Notes under the pieces: generated by a model
The model's database searches: none
Told to the model about the DNA's origin: nothing
The model's input: only the letters and a program-made list of their open reading frames with translations
Program-made: the position numbers and the translations under genes
DNA from: an uncultured Verrucomicrobiae bacterium
Lineage (GTDB): Bacteria > Verrucomicrobiota > Verrucomicrobiia > Limisphaerales > Palsa-1400
Assembly (NCBI GenBank): GCA_963702845.1
Contig: OY969763.1
Span: 5,440,001 to 5,504,000, forward strand
Length of the DNA: 64,000 bases
Direction: 5' to 3'
In this document: positions 18,631 through 29,948 of the stretch, one piece after another
How the letters are laid out: each line of letters starts with the position of its first letter
Position numbering within the stretch: position 1 is the first letter of the stretch

Positions 18631-19284
18631 ATGAAAAGCAAAACCCTTTTCGTCCGATTCAGTGCAATGAGCGTGTGGCTCGTTAACATTGCTTTGTTCG
18701 CTCAATCCGAAATACCCGGAACAAAAAAGTACGCCACCACCGTCCAAATAGTCGAAACGTCGACTTTACCTCAGGCCATCGTCGTTCGGGTAAGCGGGAA
18801 ATGTGAATATTCAGAGGACGGCACAACTTTCCGGGCCGTAAAAGTAAATAATGTCTTTAAAGAAGGCGTCACTTTCCGGACTGCCGTTAATTCGCGACTA
18901 GATATGTTTTTCAGGAGGATCGGCACCAGCGTTCGGTTGCAAGAAGGCACTGAGGTGAAGCTCGAAAAATTGGAGCGTCACCTGAAAGAAGGAACGCCGC
19001 AAATGGAGACCTTGCTCGACCTGCGCGCGGGCAGAATTTTTACCGTGGTGCGTGCCCTGGTGCCCGGATGCACGTTCGAAATCAATAATGCCGCCGGACG
19101 CTCAGTGGTCGAAGGCGGAGGTGCCGAGGGTAGATACATTATCACCGCCGATGGCACGCATGTGACGGAGAAACACTCCACCACGCCACTTAAATTGATC
19201 CGCGAAACCGGCGTCACCGTCATTGCTCCCGGAATGCGATACGATGCGAAGGAAGGTAAAACATTTTCTCTTCGTCACTCCTGA
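18631..19284 (+). CDS. Secreted FecR-like beta-domain protein
   Basis: Signal peptide; FRTAVNSRLDMFF...SVRLQEGTEVKL...LDLRAGRIF pattern resembles FecR. Confidence 0.65.
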   Translation: MKSKTLFVRFSAMSVWLVNIALFAQSEIPGTKKYATTVQIVETSTLPQAIVVRVSGKCEYSEDGTTFRAVKVNNVFKEGVTFRTAVNSRLDMFFRRIGTSVRLQEGTEVKLEKLERHLKEGTPQMETLLDLRAGRIFTVVRALVPGCTFEINNAAGRSVVEGGGAEGRYIITADGTHVTEKHSTTPLKLIRETGVTVIAPGMRYDAKEGKTFSLRHS

Positions 19285-19383
19285 ATCAGTGAAGTCTCTC
19301 ATCGAATTTGATGAGTTGCACTCGCTAGTGGAACAAGAGGACGGGAAGAAAGAATAGATTCAACCAACACCAAAATACACTTT

Positions 19384-20388
19384 ATGAAAAACATTAGATG
19401 CTCCGCAGGCAAAATTGCGATTGCTCTTTGCAGCGCGCTGCTGAACTCCTCAAGTTACGGACAGCCCACTATTGAAGTCAGCGCACCGTCGGTGCACGTG
19501 GCACTACCCTCGATCGAAATTCGCACAGAGAGCGATTTCTACGAACCGCTCGCCCCACAGGGAGAATGGGTTATTGTCGGCTCGTATGGGCGTTGCTGGC
19601 GGCCCGCTCATGTCGCGCGCGATTGGCGTCCTTATTGTAACGGCAATTGGGAGCAGACAGATGCCGGTTGGTACTGGGTCAGCGACGAACCTTGGGCCTG
19701 GGCGACGTATCATTATGGCCGCTGGGATTATACTGACACATTCGGCTGGTATTGGGTACCGCAAATTCAGTGGGCACCGGCTTGGGTATCGTGGCACCAG
19801 GGCGGCGGTTATATTGGCTGGGCGCCATTGCAACCGTCCGTAAGAATTTCCGCTAGCGGTTACGTCGGATTCAACCAGAGCAGACTCCCGGCTCGCGCCT
19901 ATGTCTTCGTGCAACCCGGTCACTTTCTGGAACCGGTCCGCCCCACAACAGTGGTTGTGAATACAACCACGATCATCAACAAGACCGTCATTATCTCGAA
20001 CACGAAGGTCGTAAACAACACCGTCATTAACGGCGGCCCGGCCACAGCGGTTATCGAAAAAGCCAGTGGCCGAAAAGTCCAGGCGGTTGCCGTCCACCAA
20101 TTGCGCCAAAGGGAAGAAGCGCCGGTCGCTCAACATGGCTCCGCTACTCACGCCGCGAATACGAAGTCCGCTCCCGGTGGTGTGGAACCTCGAACTACGG
20201 TCACTCATCCTGCGCCAATTAAAGAAGCAGCGGGTAAGAAATTCGATGGCCAACTTCAAAAACAAGCGAAGCCTGTCAAACAACAAAAGCAACCGGCGCA
20301 CGAAGAACAGCACGTCCACGAACAACCGGCTGCACGTGAAAGACAGGAAGCGAACCCCAATTCGGAAAAAGAACACGGAAAGCCCTGA
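19384..20388 (+). CDS. DUF6600-like Trp-rich secreted protein
   Basis: FYEPLAPQGEW...WRPYCNGNW...SDEPWAWATYHYGRW; disordered tail. Confidence 0.8.
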   Translation: MKNIRCSAGKIAIALCSALLNSSSYGQPTIEVSAPSVHVALPSIEIRTESDFYEPLAPQGEWVIVGSYGRCWRPAHVARDWRPYCNGNWEQTDAGWYWVSDEPWAWATYHYGRWDYTDTFGWYWVPQIQWAPAWVSWHQGGGYIGWAPLQPSVRISASGYVGFNQSRLPARAYVFVQPGHFLEPVRPTTVVVNTTTIINKTVIISNTKVVNNTVINGGPATAVIEKASGRKVQAVAVHQLRQREEAPVAQHGSATHAANTKSAPGGVEPRTTVTHPAPIKEAAGKKFDGQLQKQAKPVKQQKQPAHEEQHVHEQPAARERQEANPNSEKEHGKP

Positions 20389-20647
20389 TCGTATGCAACC
20401 AACTTTGATCGACAAAGAACCGTCACGAAGCCACCATACCCTCACCAAACCTAAACGAGTCGGCGCGTCCGTCGGTTTAAGTTTGGTTTGTTGGTTTTTG
20501 ATGGGGCCGCCAGGATGCGTTTCGCCCGGCGGTTTGCCACATCCGCCCGGTTTAGGCGCGGTAGGCCAACACAACAAAGCACTCGTAAGGATGACCGAGA
20601 GCCTGGCACCCCGTGAGAATGCCGTGTTCTAAGGTTAAAAATTGTCT

Positions 20648-21985
20648 ATGAAATTATCCCAACGCCTCGGCGGAAAAATAGCGATTGTGACATGCAGCGC
20701 TTTAACAGCCTGCACGACCTATGTCGAACAGCCGCGTCCACGGGAAGTCTACGTCGCACCGCCACCACCAGTCTACGAACAACCTGCGCCCGTAGTAGTG
20801 GAGCCTGTCGCGTCGGTCGGAGTTGTCATTCAAACCGAAGCTGATTTTTATGAGCCACTCACTCCTTACGGAACGTGGGAAGTGGTTCCTGGTTATGGCC
20901 GTTGTTGGGTTCCGAGAAATGTCGATCGCAACTGGCGTCCGTATTGCAACGGTAACTGGGAGCGCACTGACGCGGGTTGGTATTGGCAGAGCGACGAACC
21001 GTGGGCATGGGCGACATATCACTATGGTCGCTGGGACTTGAGCCCACAATTTGGCTGGTATTGGGTGCCGCAAACACAATGGTCGCCAGCGTGGGTTTCG
21101 TGGCACGAAGGCGGCGGTTATGTCGGCTGGGCGCCGTTGCAACCAAGCCAGAGATTTTCGGGCGGCGCGATGGTGGTGAATGTTGCGGTCATCGCACCGC
21201 AAGCTTATGTCTTTGTCGAACCCCGGTATTTCATGCAGCCCGTTCGTCCAACGACTGTGGTTATCAATAACACCACCATCATCAACAAGACGGTAAACAT
21301 CACGAATATTAAAATCGTAAACAACACCGTGATCAACGAAGGGCCGCGCACGCAAATCATCGAACAGGCGAGCGGAACTACAGTGCGTTCGGTTCCAGCT
21401 CGTGACTTGCGTCGCAAACAGGAGGCTGCCGTTGTGGTCCGTAGACCAGCAGCGCCAGTAGCTCGCGAAAAAGTTCAAAAGAACATTCCACCACCGGCCC
21501 GAGTTGAAATTCAGCCGCGTCCAACCACAAATCCGGCGGACGCGCAACGTCGCGCGAATGAAGCCCAGGTGCGAGCGCATCAACAAGCAACGCTCGACGC
21601 AAAACAAGCCGAACTTCAAGCGCAACGCAACGAGGCCGAAACGAAACGAGCAGCCTTGGCCGAATCTCAAAAACAGGCGAGAGAAGCCGGAGTGAAAGCA
21701 CAGCAACAAGCGCGTGTCGACGCCAACGAAGCCCGACTTGAGGCACAACGGAAATCCGTCGAGGCCGCGAAGCTGAAACCTGTGTCTCCCCGCGCCAAAG
21801 AAACCCCGACCAATTTGCGTCCACCCGTCGCGCCGCAATCACAGCAAGCGTTGCAACAACCACACGGCAAACAAAATCTGAACGCGAAAAACGTGCCGCA
21901 GAAGAACGGTAAGAAATTTCAGCCAGCGGCGGAAAAACCTGCTGCCGATACTCGCACGCTCGAACCGGTTTCGGAGAAAAAGTAG
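20648..21985 (+). CDS. DUF6600-like lipoprotein with a long A/Q/K-rich C-terminal tail (paralogue of the previous gene)
   Basis: Lipobox LTA-C; same Trp-rich domain; helical AQR/AEL-rich tail. Confidence 0.8.
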   Translation: MKLSQRLGGKIAIVTCSALTACTTYVEQPRPREVYVAPPPPVYEQPAPVVVEPVASVGVVIQTEADFYEPLTPYGTWEVVPGYGRCWVPRNVDRNWRPYCNGNWERTDAGWYWQSDEPWAWATYHYGRWDLSPQFGWYWVPQTQWSPAWVSWHEGGGYVGWAPLQPSQRFSGGAMVVNVAVIAPQAYVFVEPRYFMQPVRPTTVVINNTTIINKTVNITNIKIVNNTVINEGPRTQIIEQASGTTVRSVPARDLRRKQEAAVVVRRPAAPVAREKVQKNIPPPARVEIQPRPTTNPADAQRRANEAQVRAHQQATLDAKQAELQAQRNEAETKRAALAESQKQAREAGVKAQQQARVDANEARLEAQRKSVEAAKLKPVSPRAKETPTNLRPPVAPQSQQALQQPHGKQNLNAKNVPQKNGKKFQPAAEKPAADTRTLEPVSEKK

Positions 21986-22051
21986 TCGCGCCGGGCCAGA
22001 TTAGCCGGTGCTTGGATGCAAGACGGACCGTGCGCGCTAAAGTTAAAATTC

Positions 22052-24731
22052 ATGACCCCAGTTGCATTACCGAATACCTCCGCTGAAAAACAGCGCATCG
22101 CCGACGACAAATCAGGCAAACAAAACTGGCGGCAATGGGGGCCATATTTGTCCGAACGGCAATGGGGAACCGTGCGCGAGGATTATTCGCCCGACGGCGA
22201 CGGCGTGGGATTATTTTCCGCACGAGCACGCACGGAGCAGAGCATATCGCTGGGGCGAGGACGGCATAGCAGGTTTCAGCGACAATTGGCAGCACCTTTG
22301 TTTTTCGCTGGCGCTCTGGAACGGCAAGGATCCGATTCTTAAAGAGCGGCTTTTCGGCCTCAACAACGCCGAAGGCAATCACGGCGAGGACGTGAAGGAA
22401 CTATACTATTATCTCGACGCCACCCCGACGCATTCCTACCTGAAGATGCTCTACAAATATCCGCAGGGAGAATTTCCCTATGCGCGGCTCGTTGATGAGA
22501 ACAGCCGTCGTGGCGCGGATCAGCCAGAATTTGAATTGCTCGACGCCGGTATGTTCGATGAAGACCGTTACTTCGATGTATTTGTCGAATATGTCAAAGC
22601 CGCGCCGGACGACATTTTAGTTTTGATAACGGTTCACAACCGCGGGCCGGAAGCGGCAAAACTTTCGCTGCTGCCACAACTGTTTTTTCGGAACACCTGG
22701 TCCTGGAAATCAAATTCGTCCAAGCCGAAACTCACAGCGGAAAACGGCGGCGTTAAAATTGAACACAGCCAATTGGGAAATTTCCAACTCGATTGCGACG
22801 GCAACCCGACGTTGCTTTTTTGCGAGAACGAAACGAATGTCCGCCGGCTTTTTGGCGAGCGGGACGCGCCAGGTTTTTTCAAAGACGCATTCCACGAATA
22901 CATTGTCGACGGCAATCACAGCGCGGTAAATCCGAAACAGACCGGAACAAAAGCCGGGGCGCTGTATGAATTGAACGTTGCGGCGAACGGTTCAGCAACG
23001 GTGCGATTGCGGCTAAGAAAATCAGAGGCCTCTTCCCAAAATCCATGGACAGACTTCGATAAAAGTTTTTCTGAACGCAAACGGGAAGCGGACGAATTTT
23101 ACGCCGCGTTGCAGGTAAAAATTACGGACGCCGATGCGCGGCTCGTCCAGCGCCAGGCTTTCGCCGGACTGATTTGGAGCAAACAATTTTTCCATTACGA
23201 CGTTGATCTTTGGTTGCGAGGCGACCCTGCGCAACCGCCGCCGCCAGCGCAACGCAAACGTGGTCGCAACTGCGATTGGAAACATTTGAACAACGCGGAA
23301 ATCATTTCCATGCCCGACAAATGGGAATATCCGTGGTTTGCAGCGTGGGACTTGGCGTTTCATTGCATCGCCTTCGCGGAAATTGATTCCGAATTTGCCA
23401 AATCGCAACTGCTCATGCTCACGCGCGAATGGTATATGCACCCCAACGGCCAATTGCCCGCTTACGAATGGGCGTTCGGCGACGTGAATCCGCCCGTGCA
23501 CGCATGGTCGGCCTTTCGCGTGTTTGAAATCGACCGACGGCAGCGGCGGGAAGCCGATCCAAAAGACGCAGGCGATTTGATGTTTCTGGAGCGCGTGTTT
23601 CAAAAATTGCTTTTGAATTTCACGTGGTGGGTCAATCGCAAAGACGCGCAAGGACGGAATATTTTCCAAGGAGGATTTCTCGGGCTCGACAATATCGGCG
23701 TGTTCGACCGCAGCAAACCGTTGCCGACCGGCGGCTTCATCAATCAAGCCGATGGCACGAGTTGGATGGCGATGTATTGCCTGAACCTCTTGCGCATTGC
23801 TCTGGAACTGGCGTTGCACAATCACGTTTATGAAGATATCGCCACTAAGTTTTTCGAGCACTTTCTGGCAATCGCCGGCGCCATTAATGGCGTTGGTGAC
23901 GATGCGCTCGGACTTTGGGACGAAGCCGACCAATTCTACTACGACCATCTCAATTTAACAGACGGCGAAAATGTGCCGATGAAAATTCAATCCGCTGTCG
24001 GGCTGATTCCATTGCTGGCCGTCGAAACGCTTGAGCCGGACATGCTCAAACAATTGCCCGAATTTTCCGCGCGGATGGAATGGTATCTCAAGCATCGCCC
24101 GCAATTGGCAGCGTTGATTTCCGATTGGAAAATTCCCGGCGCCGGCGACCGCCGTCTACTTTCTTTGCTGCGCGGCCATCGCATGAAAGCGTTGCTCAAA
24201 CGGATGCTTGATGAAACGCAGTTCCTGTCCGCTCAAGGCGTGCGCTCCGTTTCAAAAGTTCATGAGCAACATCCTTTTCGTTTTGACGCCGGAGGACAAA
24301 CTTACGAAGTGAAATATTGGCCTGCCGAATCAGAAAGCCGAGTGTTCGGCGGCAATTCCAATTGGCGCGGCCCGGTTTGGATGCCGATCAATTATCTCAT
24401 CATCGAGGCGCTGCAAAAATTCCATCACTATTACGGCGACGATTTTAAAATCGAATGTCCAACCGGCTCGGGAAAATTTATGAGCATCAAAGACGTGTCC
24501 AATGAATTGTCGCGCCGGCTCACAAAACTATGTTTGAAAGGCGGCGACGGCCAACGCCCCGTTTTGAAAAGTCATCCGAAACTCGCGGGCGATCCGCATT
24601 TTAAGGATTACATTTTGTTCCACGAATATTTTCACGGCGACAACGGTCGCGGCGTTGGCGCATCGCATCAGACCGGTTGGACGGCCCTGGTAGGCAAGCT
24701 GCTTTGTCCTCGAGAATCGCGCCCGAATTAA
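22052..24731 (+). CDS. GH63/MGH1-like glycoside hydrolase (one frameshift near 22200, likely an error)
   Basis: WRQWGPYLSERQWGTVREDYS in one frame, then WDYFPHEHARSRAYRWGEDG, MPDKWEYPWFAAWD and GVGASHQTGWT. Confidence 0.9.
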
Positions 24732-24749
24732 ATTGAACTGAAAACAACT

Positions 24750-25517
24750 ATGAATTTAAAAGACAAAGTCGCCATCGTCACCGGCGGCAACAGCGGCATC
24801 GGCAAGGCCATCGTTTTGGAATTGGCGCGGGAAGGTGCAAATATCGTCATTGATTACGTCGCGCATCCCGAAGCGACTGAAGAATTGGAAAAACAAATTC
24901 GTGCGTTAGGCGATAACGTCATCGGCGTAAAAGCGGACGTCAGTCAAACCGCCGAACTGCAAAACCTATTCGCAACGGCCTTAAAAGAATTTGGCCGCGT
25001 GGACATCATGGTCAACAACGCCGGCATTGAAACGCGCACTTCCATTCTCGACACGACCGAAGCCCAATACGAACGCGTTCTGGCCATCAATCTCAAGAGT
25101 GCATTTTTCGGCACACAACTCGCCGCGCAACAAATGATCAAACAAGGCGGAGGCGGACGCATCATCAATATCACTTCCGTGCATGAAGACTGGCCGATGC
25201 CGGGCAATACGGCTTATTGTCTTTCCAAAGGCGGAATGAGGATGTTGACGCGCACGGCGGGCGTCGAGCTTGCCCCGCACAATATTTTGGTCGTTGGCGT
25301 CGGTCCTGGCGCGGTCGCAACGCCGATCAATTCGGGCACGATGAATGACCCGGCGCTTTTGAAAAAACTCGACAGCACAATTCCGCTCGGACGAATGGCC
25401 AAGCCGGAGGAAATTGCCAGCCTCGTCGCATTTCTCGCGAGCGACGGCGCCAGTTACATTACCGCGACAACTATTTTTGCCGATGGCGGCATTATGCAGA
25501 GCGGTCCTGGACTGTAA
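24750..25517 (+). CDS. Short-chain dehydrogenase, glucose 1-dehydrogenase-like
   Basis: TGGNSGIG, NNAG, SVHE, YCLSK. Confidence 0.92.
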   Translation: MNLKDKVAIVTGGNSGIGKAIVLELAREGANIVIDYVAHPEATEELEKQIRALGDNVIGVKADVSQTAELQNLFATALKEFGRVDIMVNNAGIETRTSILDTTEAQYERVLAINLKSAFFGTQLAAQQMIKQGGGGRIINITSVHEDWPMPGNTAYCLSKGGMRMLTRTAGVELAPHNILVVGVGPGAVATPINSGTMNDPALLKKLDSTIPLGRMAKPEEIASLVAFLASDGASYITATTIFADGGIMQSGPGL

Positions 25518-25543
25518 AATCCACCTGCATCCGCTCGTCACAA

Positions 25544-25561
25544 CTGGGGTGAACACCCCAT
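25544..25561 (+). promoter_or_regulatory. Regulon palindrome upstream of mlaE/mlaD
   Basis: CTGGGGT-GAAC-ACCCCAT; TATAGT 22 nt downstream. Confidence 0.7.
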
Positions 25562-25598
25562 GCCGCCGAACGCGCTGGAAAGTTATAGTTGGAGAGTT

Positions 25599-26405
25599 AT
25601 GTCTCCAAATCCTTCCCTCAACGTAGTCGGCAGGTTGGGCGCGGGAGTTTGGGGGCTGTGGGATCAATTGCGGCATATTGCGGCAGTTGTGGGAACCGTC
25701 CTTTTAGTTTCCGTTCAGCCGCGAAATTGGGTGGCATCGGTTCGGAAAGCCTTTTCCATGCAAGTGCTGTCGATCGGCATCGAACCGCTTTGGTTTGTTG
25801 GCGTGGCAGCAGTGTTCGTCGGCATTTCAGTTGTCGTCCAACTTTCATTTTGGAGCGGCATCGCCGGTCAGTCGCAAATGGTCGGGCCGCTGTTGGTAAC
25901 AGTCATCGCCCGCGAACTTGGTCCGGTGCTAATCAACCTCATCGTCATTGTCCGCAGCGGCAGCTCTATGACGACCGAACTAGGCGTCCTGAAAATCAAC
26001 GGGCAAGTGCGCGCGCTGGAGAAGCAACGATGCGATCCATTCCTGCACCTGGTTTTGCCGCGTGTGCTGGGTATGGCGGTCTCCACGTTTTGTCTGACGA
26101 TTGTCTTTATCATCATTGCGTTCGCGAGCGGTTATTTTTTCGCGGCATGGATGGGCAAAGGCAGCCGTGATTTATTTCTGTTCGTCGATAGCGTGGCCAG
26201 CGCGCTTCAGTTCAAGGACGTCTTGAATATTCTCGCCAAAAGTATTTTACCCGCACTGTTTGCGAGCGCCTGCTGTTGTATCGGCGGGCTGGGCGTGGGC
26301 GGATCGGATACGGAAATTCCGCAAGCGACGCAACGGGCGCTGACCTGGTCGATGGCTGGGCTGTTCGTCATCTCCGCGGCAGTATCGGTTCTCACTTATT
26401 TCTGA
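25599..26405 (+). CDS. MlaE-family ABC permease
   Basis: IARELGPVL, RSGSSMTTELG, LVLPRVLG. Confidence 0.88.
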   Translation: MSPNPSLNVVGRLGAGVWGLWDQLRHIAAVVGTVLLVSVQPRNWVASVRKAFSMQVLSIGIEPLWFVGVAAVFVGISVVVQLSFWSGIAGQSQMVGPLLVTVIARELGPVLINLIVIVRSGSSMTTELGVLKINGQVRALEKQRCDPFLHLVLPRVLGMAVSTFCLTIVFIIIAFASGYFFAAWMGKGSRDLFLFVDSVASALQFKDVLNILAKSILPALFASACCCIGGLGVGGSDTEIPQATQRALTWSMAGLFVISAAVSVLTYF

Positions 26406-26407
26406 TT

Positions 26408-27448
26408 ATGAACGAAGCGCCTGACATCTTAGATCCGTTGCGTCAAGACGAACCAAAAAAGGAACGGTTCAAGTTTCGCCGCGTCAACGAAATCACCGGC
26501 GTGTTCGTTCTAGTCATCGTTGCGGTGCTGGTCGCCGCCATTGTTTGGGCGGACCGAAGCCAGCGCTGGTTCAAGAGTAATGTTACCTTGCGCATCGTTC
26601 TTCCCGAAAACGGCGCGGCCGGTATTCGGCAAGGTTCGGAAGTTTACTTTCTCGGCACGCTCGTCGGCTCCGTGTCTGATGTCATCGTCGCGCCCACAGG
26701 GCGGATGGAGGCCGAGACGCATATCCGGCACGACTTTTTTCGTTTCGTTCGCGAGGATTCGTCAGCGGTGGTCAAAAAGAAATTTGGCGTTGCTGGCGAT
26801 TCATTTTTTGAAATCACGCGGGGCGTGGGCAAGCCACTGCCTGAAGTTGATGCGTCCATCGTTTGCAACGAGCAGTTTCAAAATGCACTTGAATCCGCCA
26901 TCGAAGAAATCCGACGCGAAACGTTGCTCGTTTTGAAAAAAACCAGCACTGGCCTGGATACGTGGACCAAATTGGGAGCGGACCTGGTCGAAACGCGCAA
27001 GCACCTGGACCAACTCACCGTCCGTATGGAAAATATGGCCGCTGGAATCGAAGCGGGTAAAGGCACGGTGGGCAAATTGATTACCGACACCGCAGTTGTC
27101 GACGACGCTCAGGCTCTTCTCGCCCGCGCCAACGCCACCATGACCGAATTCCAAGGCATGCTGACAAATCTGAATGTAGCCGTGAAAAACGTAGAGAAAG
27201 GCACAGTGCGTTTGCCAGAAATTTCTGATGCTGTTGCAATCGATGCGAAAAGCCTCGCTGCACTTATTCTGCAGTCACACACCTCTATGCGCGAGTTCCA
27301 GCGTTTGACTGAAGCCGCGCAACACCATTGGCTCTTGCGCAAGTATGTCAACCAAACCAACCCGCCGTCCGATCGTCCGCTCGAAATTGGGGCGTCAGAA
27401 AAGAAACTGTTGAAAACGCTTCGTTCACCTAATCAGTCTCCGAACTAA
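26408..27448 (+). CDS. MlaD/MCE-domain protein
   Basis: TM anchor, AAGIRQGSEVYFLGTLVGSV, helical C-terminus with GKGTVGKLI. Confidence 0.88.
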   Translation: MNEAPDILDPLRQDEPKKERFKFRRVNEITGVFVLVIVAVLVAAIVWADRSQRWFKSNVTLRIVLPENGAAGIRQGSEVYFLGTLVGSVSDVIVAPTGRMEAETHIRHDFFRFVREDSSAVVKKKFGVAGDSFFEITRGVGKPLPEVDASIVCNEQFQNALESAIEEIRRETLLVLKKTSTGLDTWTKLGADLVETRKHLDQLTVRMENMAAGIEAGKGTVGKLITDTAVVDDAQALLARANATMTEFQGMLTNLNVAVKNVEKGTVRLPEISDAVAIDAKSLAALILQSHTSMREFQRLTEAAQHHWLLRKYVNQTNPPSDRPLEIGASEKKLLKTLRSPNQSPN

Positions 27449-27499
27449 GTTCGATTTGAAGCGGCGAGGAGGTTATAGCTGCCGGCTATCAAATAGGCG

Positions 27500-27516
27500 G
27501 TCGGGTTAGACCCCAT
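27500..27516 (+). promoter_or_regulatory. Regulon palindrome upstream of the ice-binding protein operon
   Basis: GTCGGGT-TAG-ACCCCAT; TAACGT 22 nt downstream. Confidence 0.65.
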
Positions 27517-27596
27517 AGCAGTGGGACAGTCAGCGACGTAACGTAGCTTCGTATTACTAATCGGAATATCACAACAATCAATTGAAAGTAAATTTA

Positions 27597-28394
27597 ATGA
27601 CTATCACTTCACAGTATTCAAACAACGTCGCAGCAACAAAGAAGCAACGTTCCATCCACATACCTCTAGCGGCCGCGCTCCTTGCACTGCTTTGCAGCCC
27701 CTTTTTAGGAATCGCGGCACCCCACCAGCCTCCAACGGCTAAGCTGGCGCCAGTTCAGCTCGGCTCGGCGGGAAATTTCGCGATTCTTTCGAAATCAGGC
27801 ATTACCGACGTTCCTTCATCTGCGATTTTCGGAAACATTGGGACGAGTCCGATCACAGGCGCAGCCATTGGCGTCACTTGTCCAGAGGTTAGCGGTAGAA
27901 TCTACACAGTTGATGCAGCCGGCCCGGCCTGCAGGTTGGTAGCGCCAGTCTTATTGACGACGGCTATCGGCGACATGCAGACCGCGTATTCCGACGCTGC
28001 TGGACGAAAACTGCCCGACTTCACTGAACTCGGCGCAGGAAATATTAGCGGTTTGACACTTACTCCTGGCCTCTACAAATGGGGAACCGGAGTGCAAATC
28101 AACACTGACGTCACCCTCTCGGGCGGTAAAAACGACGTCTGGATTTTCCAGATCGCTCAAGGTCTTACCGTGGGTAATAACGTCACCGTTACGCTGGCCG
28201 GCGGTGCACAGGCCAAGAATATCTTCTGGCAGGTCGCTGGCGGAACGACACTCGGAACAACGGCAGACTTCAAGGGCGTCATTTTGTGCAAAACGTTGAT
28301 CGCGATGAACACACACGCGACGTTGATCGGCAGAGCCCTTGCTCAGACCGCAGTTACTTTGCAGATGAATGCGATTTCGACGCCTGCAAAATAA
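27597..28394 (+). CDS. Ice-binding protein (DUF3494), secreted
   Basis: VQLGSAGNFAILSKSGIT, LTPGLYKW, AKNIFWQVAG, GRALAQTAVTL. Confidence 0.92.
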   Translation: MTITSQYSNNVAATKKQRSIHIPLAAALLALLCSPFLGIAAPHQPPTAKLAPVQLGSAGNFAILSKSGITDVPSSAIFGNIGTSPITGAAIGVTCPEVSGRIYTVDAAGPACRLVAPVLLTTAIGDMQTAYSDAAGRKLPDFTELGAGNISGLTLTPGLYKWGTGVQINTDVTLSGGKNDVWIFQIAQGLTVGNNVTVTLAGGAQAKNIFWQVAGGTTLGTTADFKGVILCKTLIAMNTHATLIGRALAQTAVTLQMNAISTPAK

Positions 28395-28454
28395 TAAAAT
28401 CCTCAAAAACGCAGATTCATTTCACTAAAAACTAAACAAGAAAATAAGATTATC

Positions 28455-29240
28455 ATGAAAATCAAATCAACAATCCCACTCGCGCTGATTGCAGCGACGA
28501 GTTCTTTATTGCTCGCGAACACTTCGGTGCGCGCCAACGAAACCGACGACCGCATTGTGTCCTCGGCAAAATCGTCCTACGTGTTCAAAACGTATCTGAA
28601 AGATGACTCCATCAAAACCAAGTCCAAAGATGGCGCGGTCACTTTGAGCGGCTCCGTCGCCGATGCGTCCCACAAGACGTTGGCCGAGAACACGGTCGAA
28701 AGTCTTCCCGGAGTCGTTAGCGTGAACAATCGCATCAAGGTCAAAGGTGAAAATCCGCCTGAACATTCTGATTCCTGGATCACGACAAAAGTGAAGTCAG
28801 TGCTGCTGTTCCATCGCAACGTCAGCTCCAGCGGAACCTCAGTTTCGACCAAAGATGGAGTCGTCACCTTGACGGGTGAAGCTTCCAGCATGGCCCAGAA
28901 AGAATTGACCACCGAATACGCCAGGGACATCGATAACGTCAAAGAAGTCGATAACCAGATGACCGTAGTCGCGACCCCAGCTAAGGCTGATGAAACTATT
29001 GGCGAAAAAATGGACGACGCGTCCATCACGGCTGAAGTCAAATCGACCTTGATGTCGCATCGCTCAACGAGTGCGATCAAGACCAAAGTCTCCACCACCG
29101 ACGGCGTGGTCACCTTGAGCGGCATCGCCAAAAACGACGCCGAGAAAGCTCTCGTCACCAAGCTCGTCACCGATATCAATGGTGTCACCAGCGTAGTCAA
29201 CAACATGACCGTCGAAGTCAAAGCCGCGTCAAACAACTAA
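28455..29240 (+). CDS. Triple BON-domain (OsmY-like) periplasmic protein
   Basis: Three D..I...K...DG.VTL.G...GV.SV.N repeats. Confidence 0.92.
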   Translation: MKIKSTIPLALIAATSSLLLANTSVRANETDDRIVSSAKSSYVFKTYLKDDSIKTKSKDGAVTLSGSVADASHKTLAENTVESLPGVVSVNNRIKVKGENPPEHSDSWITTKVKSVLLFHRNVSSSGTSVSTKDGVVTLTGEASSMAQKELTTEYARDIDNVKEVDNQMTVVATPAKADETIGEKMDDASITAEVKSTLMSHRSTSAIKTKVSTTDGVVTLSGIAKNDAEKALVTKLVTDINGVTSVVNNMTVEVKAASNN

Positions 29241-29309
29241 CCAACCCGTGACTGTCGGCTGGCGTGAGAGCGCCAGTCGGCAGGCATAAATAAAATCGAA
29301 AGAAACAAT

Positions 29310-29462
29310 ATGTTATACACAATTGCCGTCGTCTTGATCATCCTCTGGCTCCTCGGCCTCGTCACTGGCTACACCATGGGTTCATTCATTCACGTTCTCC
29401 TCGTCATTGCGGTCATCATGATTCTGGTGAATCTCATCTCTGGGAAGAAACGCCTCTTGTAA
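29310..29462 (+). CDS. lmo0937-family small membrane protein (not in the ORF track)
   Basis: MLYTIAVVLIILWLLGLVTGYTMGSFIHVLLVIAVIMILVNLISGKKRLL*. Confidence 0.85.
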   Translation: MLYTIAVVLIILWLLGLVTGYTMGSFIHVLLVIAVIMILVNLISGKKRLL

Positions 29463-29501
29463 TTCGACTTCAACAAACAAATTCAAAATCGAAAGCTCAC
29501 T

Positions 29502-29708
29502 ATGAATAAAATATTTTCCTTGGCTATCCTTGCCGGCGGAATTGCCCTGATAATCGTAGGCATCAACGCCACAAACTCTTTCAGTTCAGATGTGTCCCGC
29601 TTCTTTACCGGTTCGCCGACAGACAAAGCCGTCTGGATGCTCATCGGCGGAATTGTCGCCACCCTGATCGGTTTTACGACGTTGATGCGCAATGCAAAGC
29701 AAACATAA
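29502..29708 (+). CDS. DUF3185-family small membrane protein
   Basis: SFSSDVSRFFTGSPTDKAVWMLIGG. Confidence 0.85.
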   Translation: MNKIFSLAILAGGIALIIVGINATNSFSSDVSRFFTGSPTDKAVWMLIGGIVATLIGFTTLMRNAKQT

Positions 29709-29720
29709 CCCGGAGATTGT

Positions 29721-29942
29721 ATGAAAACCGCTGCTTCAAGAACATTGCGGAGAGTGAAATCAGACGAAGTCGTCAGGCAGGGTGACTTCGTCGTGGCCGG
29801 AAATGGTTTCGAACCATGGGAAGGACCGAGCGGTTTCCGGGCCAATTCATTTTTAAAACCCATCTTCCGTGCGCTAGCCGTGCCTGCGGGCACGAGCGAG
29901 AAAACTAAGGAACCGGATCAAAATGTCCGCAAACGGCTGTAA
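29721..29942 (+). CDS. Hypothetical protein
   Basis: Tightly packed ORF in the operon, GGAGA upstream. Confidence 0.6.
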   Translation: MKTAASRTLRRVKSDEVVRQGDFVVAGNGFEPWEGPSGFRANSFLKPIFRALAVPAGTSEKTKEPDQNVRKRL

Positions 29943-29948
29943 ATAACT

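Noticed and set aside
19504..23948. Long minus-strand ORFs (19504-20577, 20702-21838, 23022-23948)
   Set aside because: Antisense shadows of the DUF6600-like and GH63 genes.
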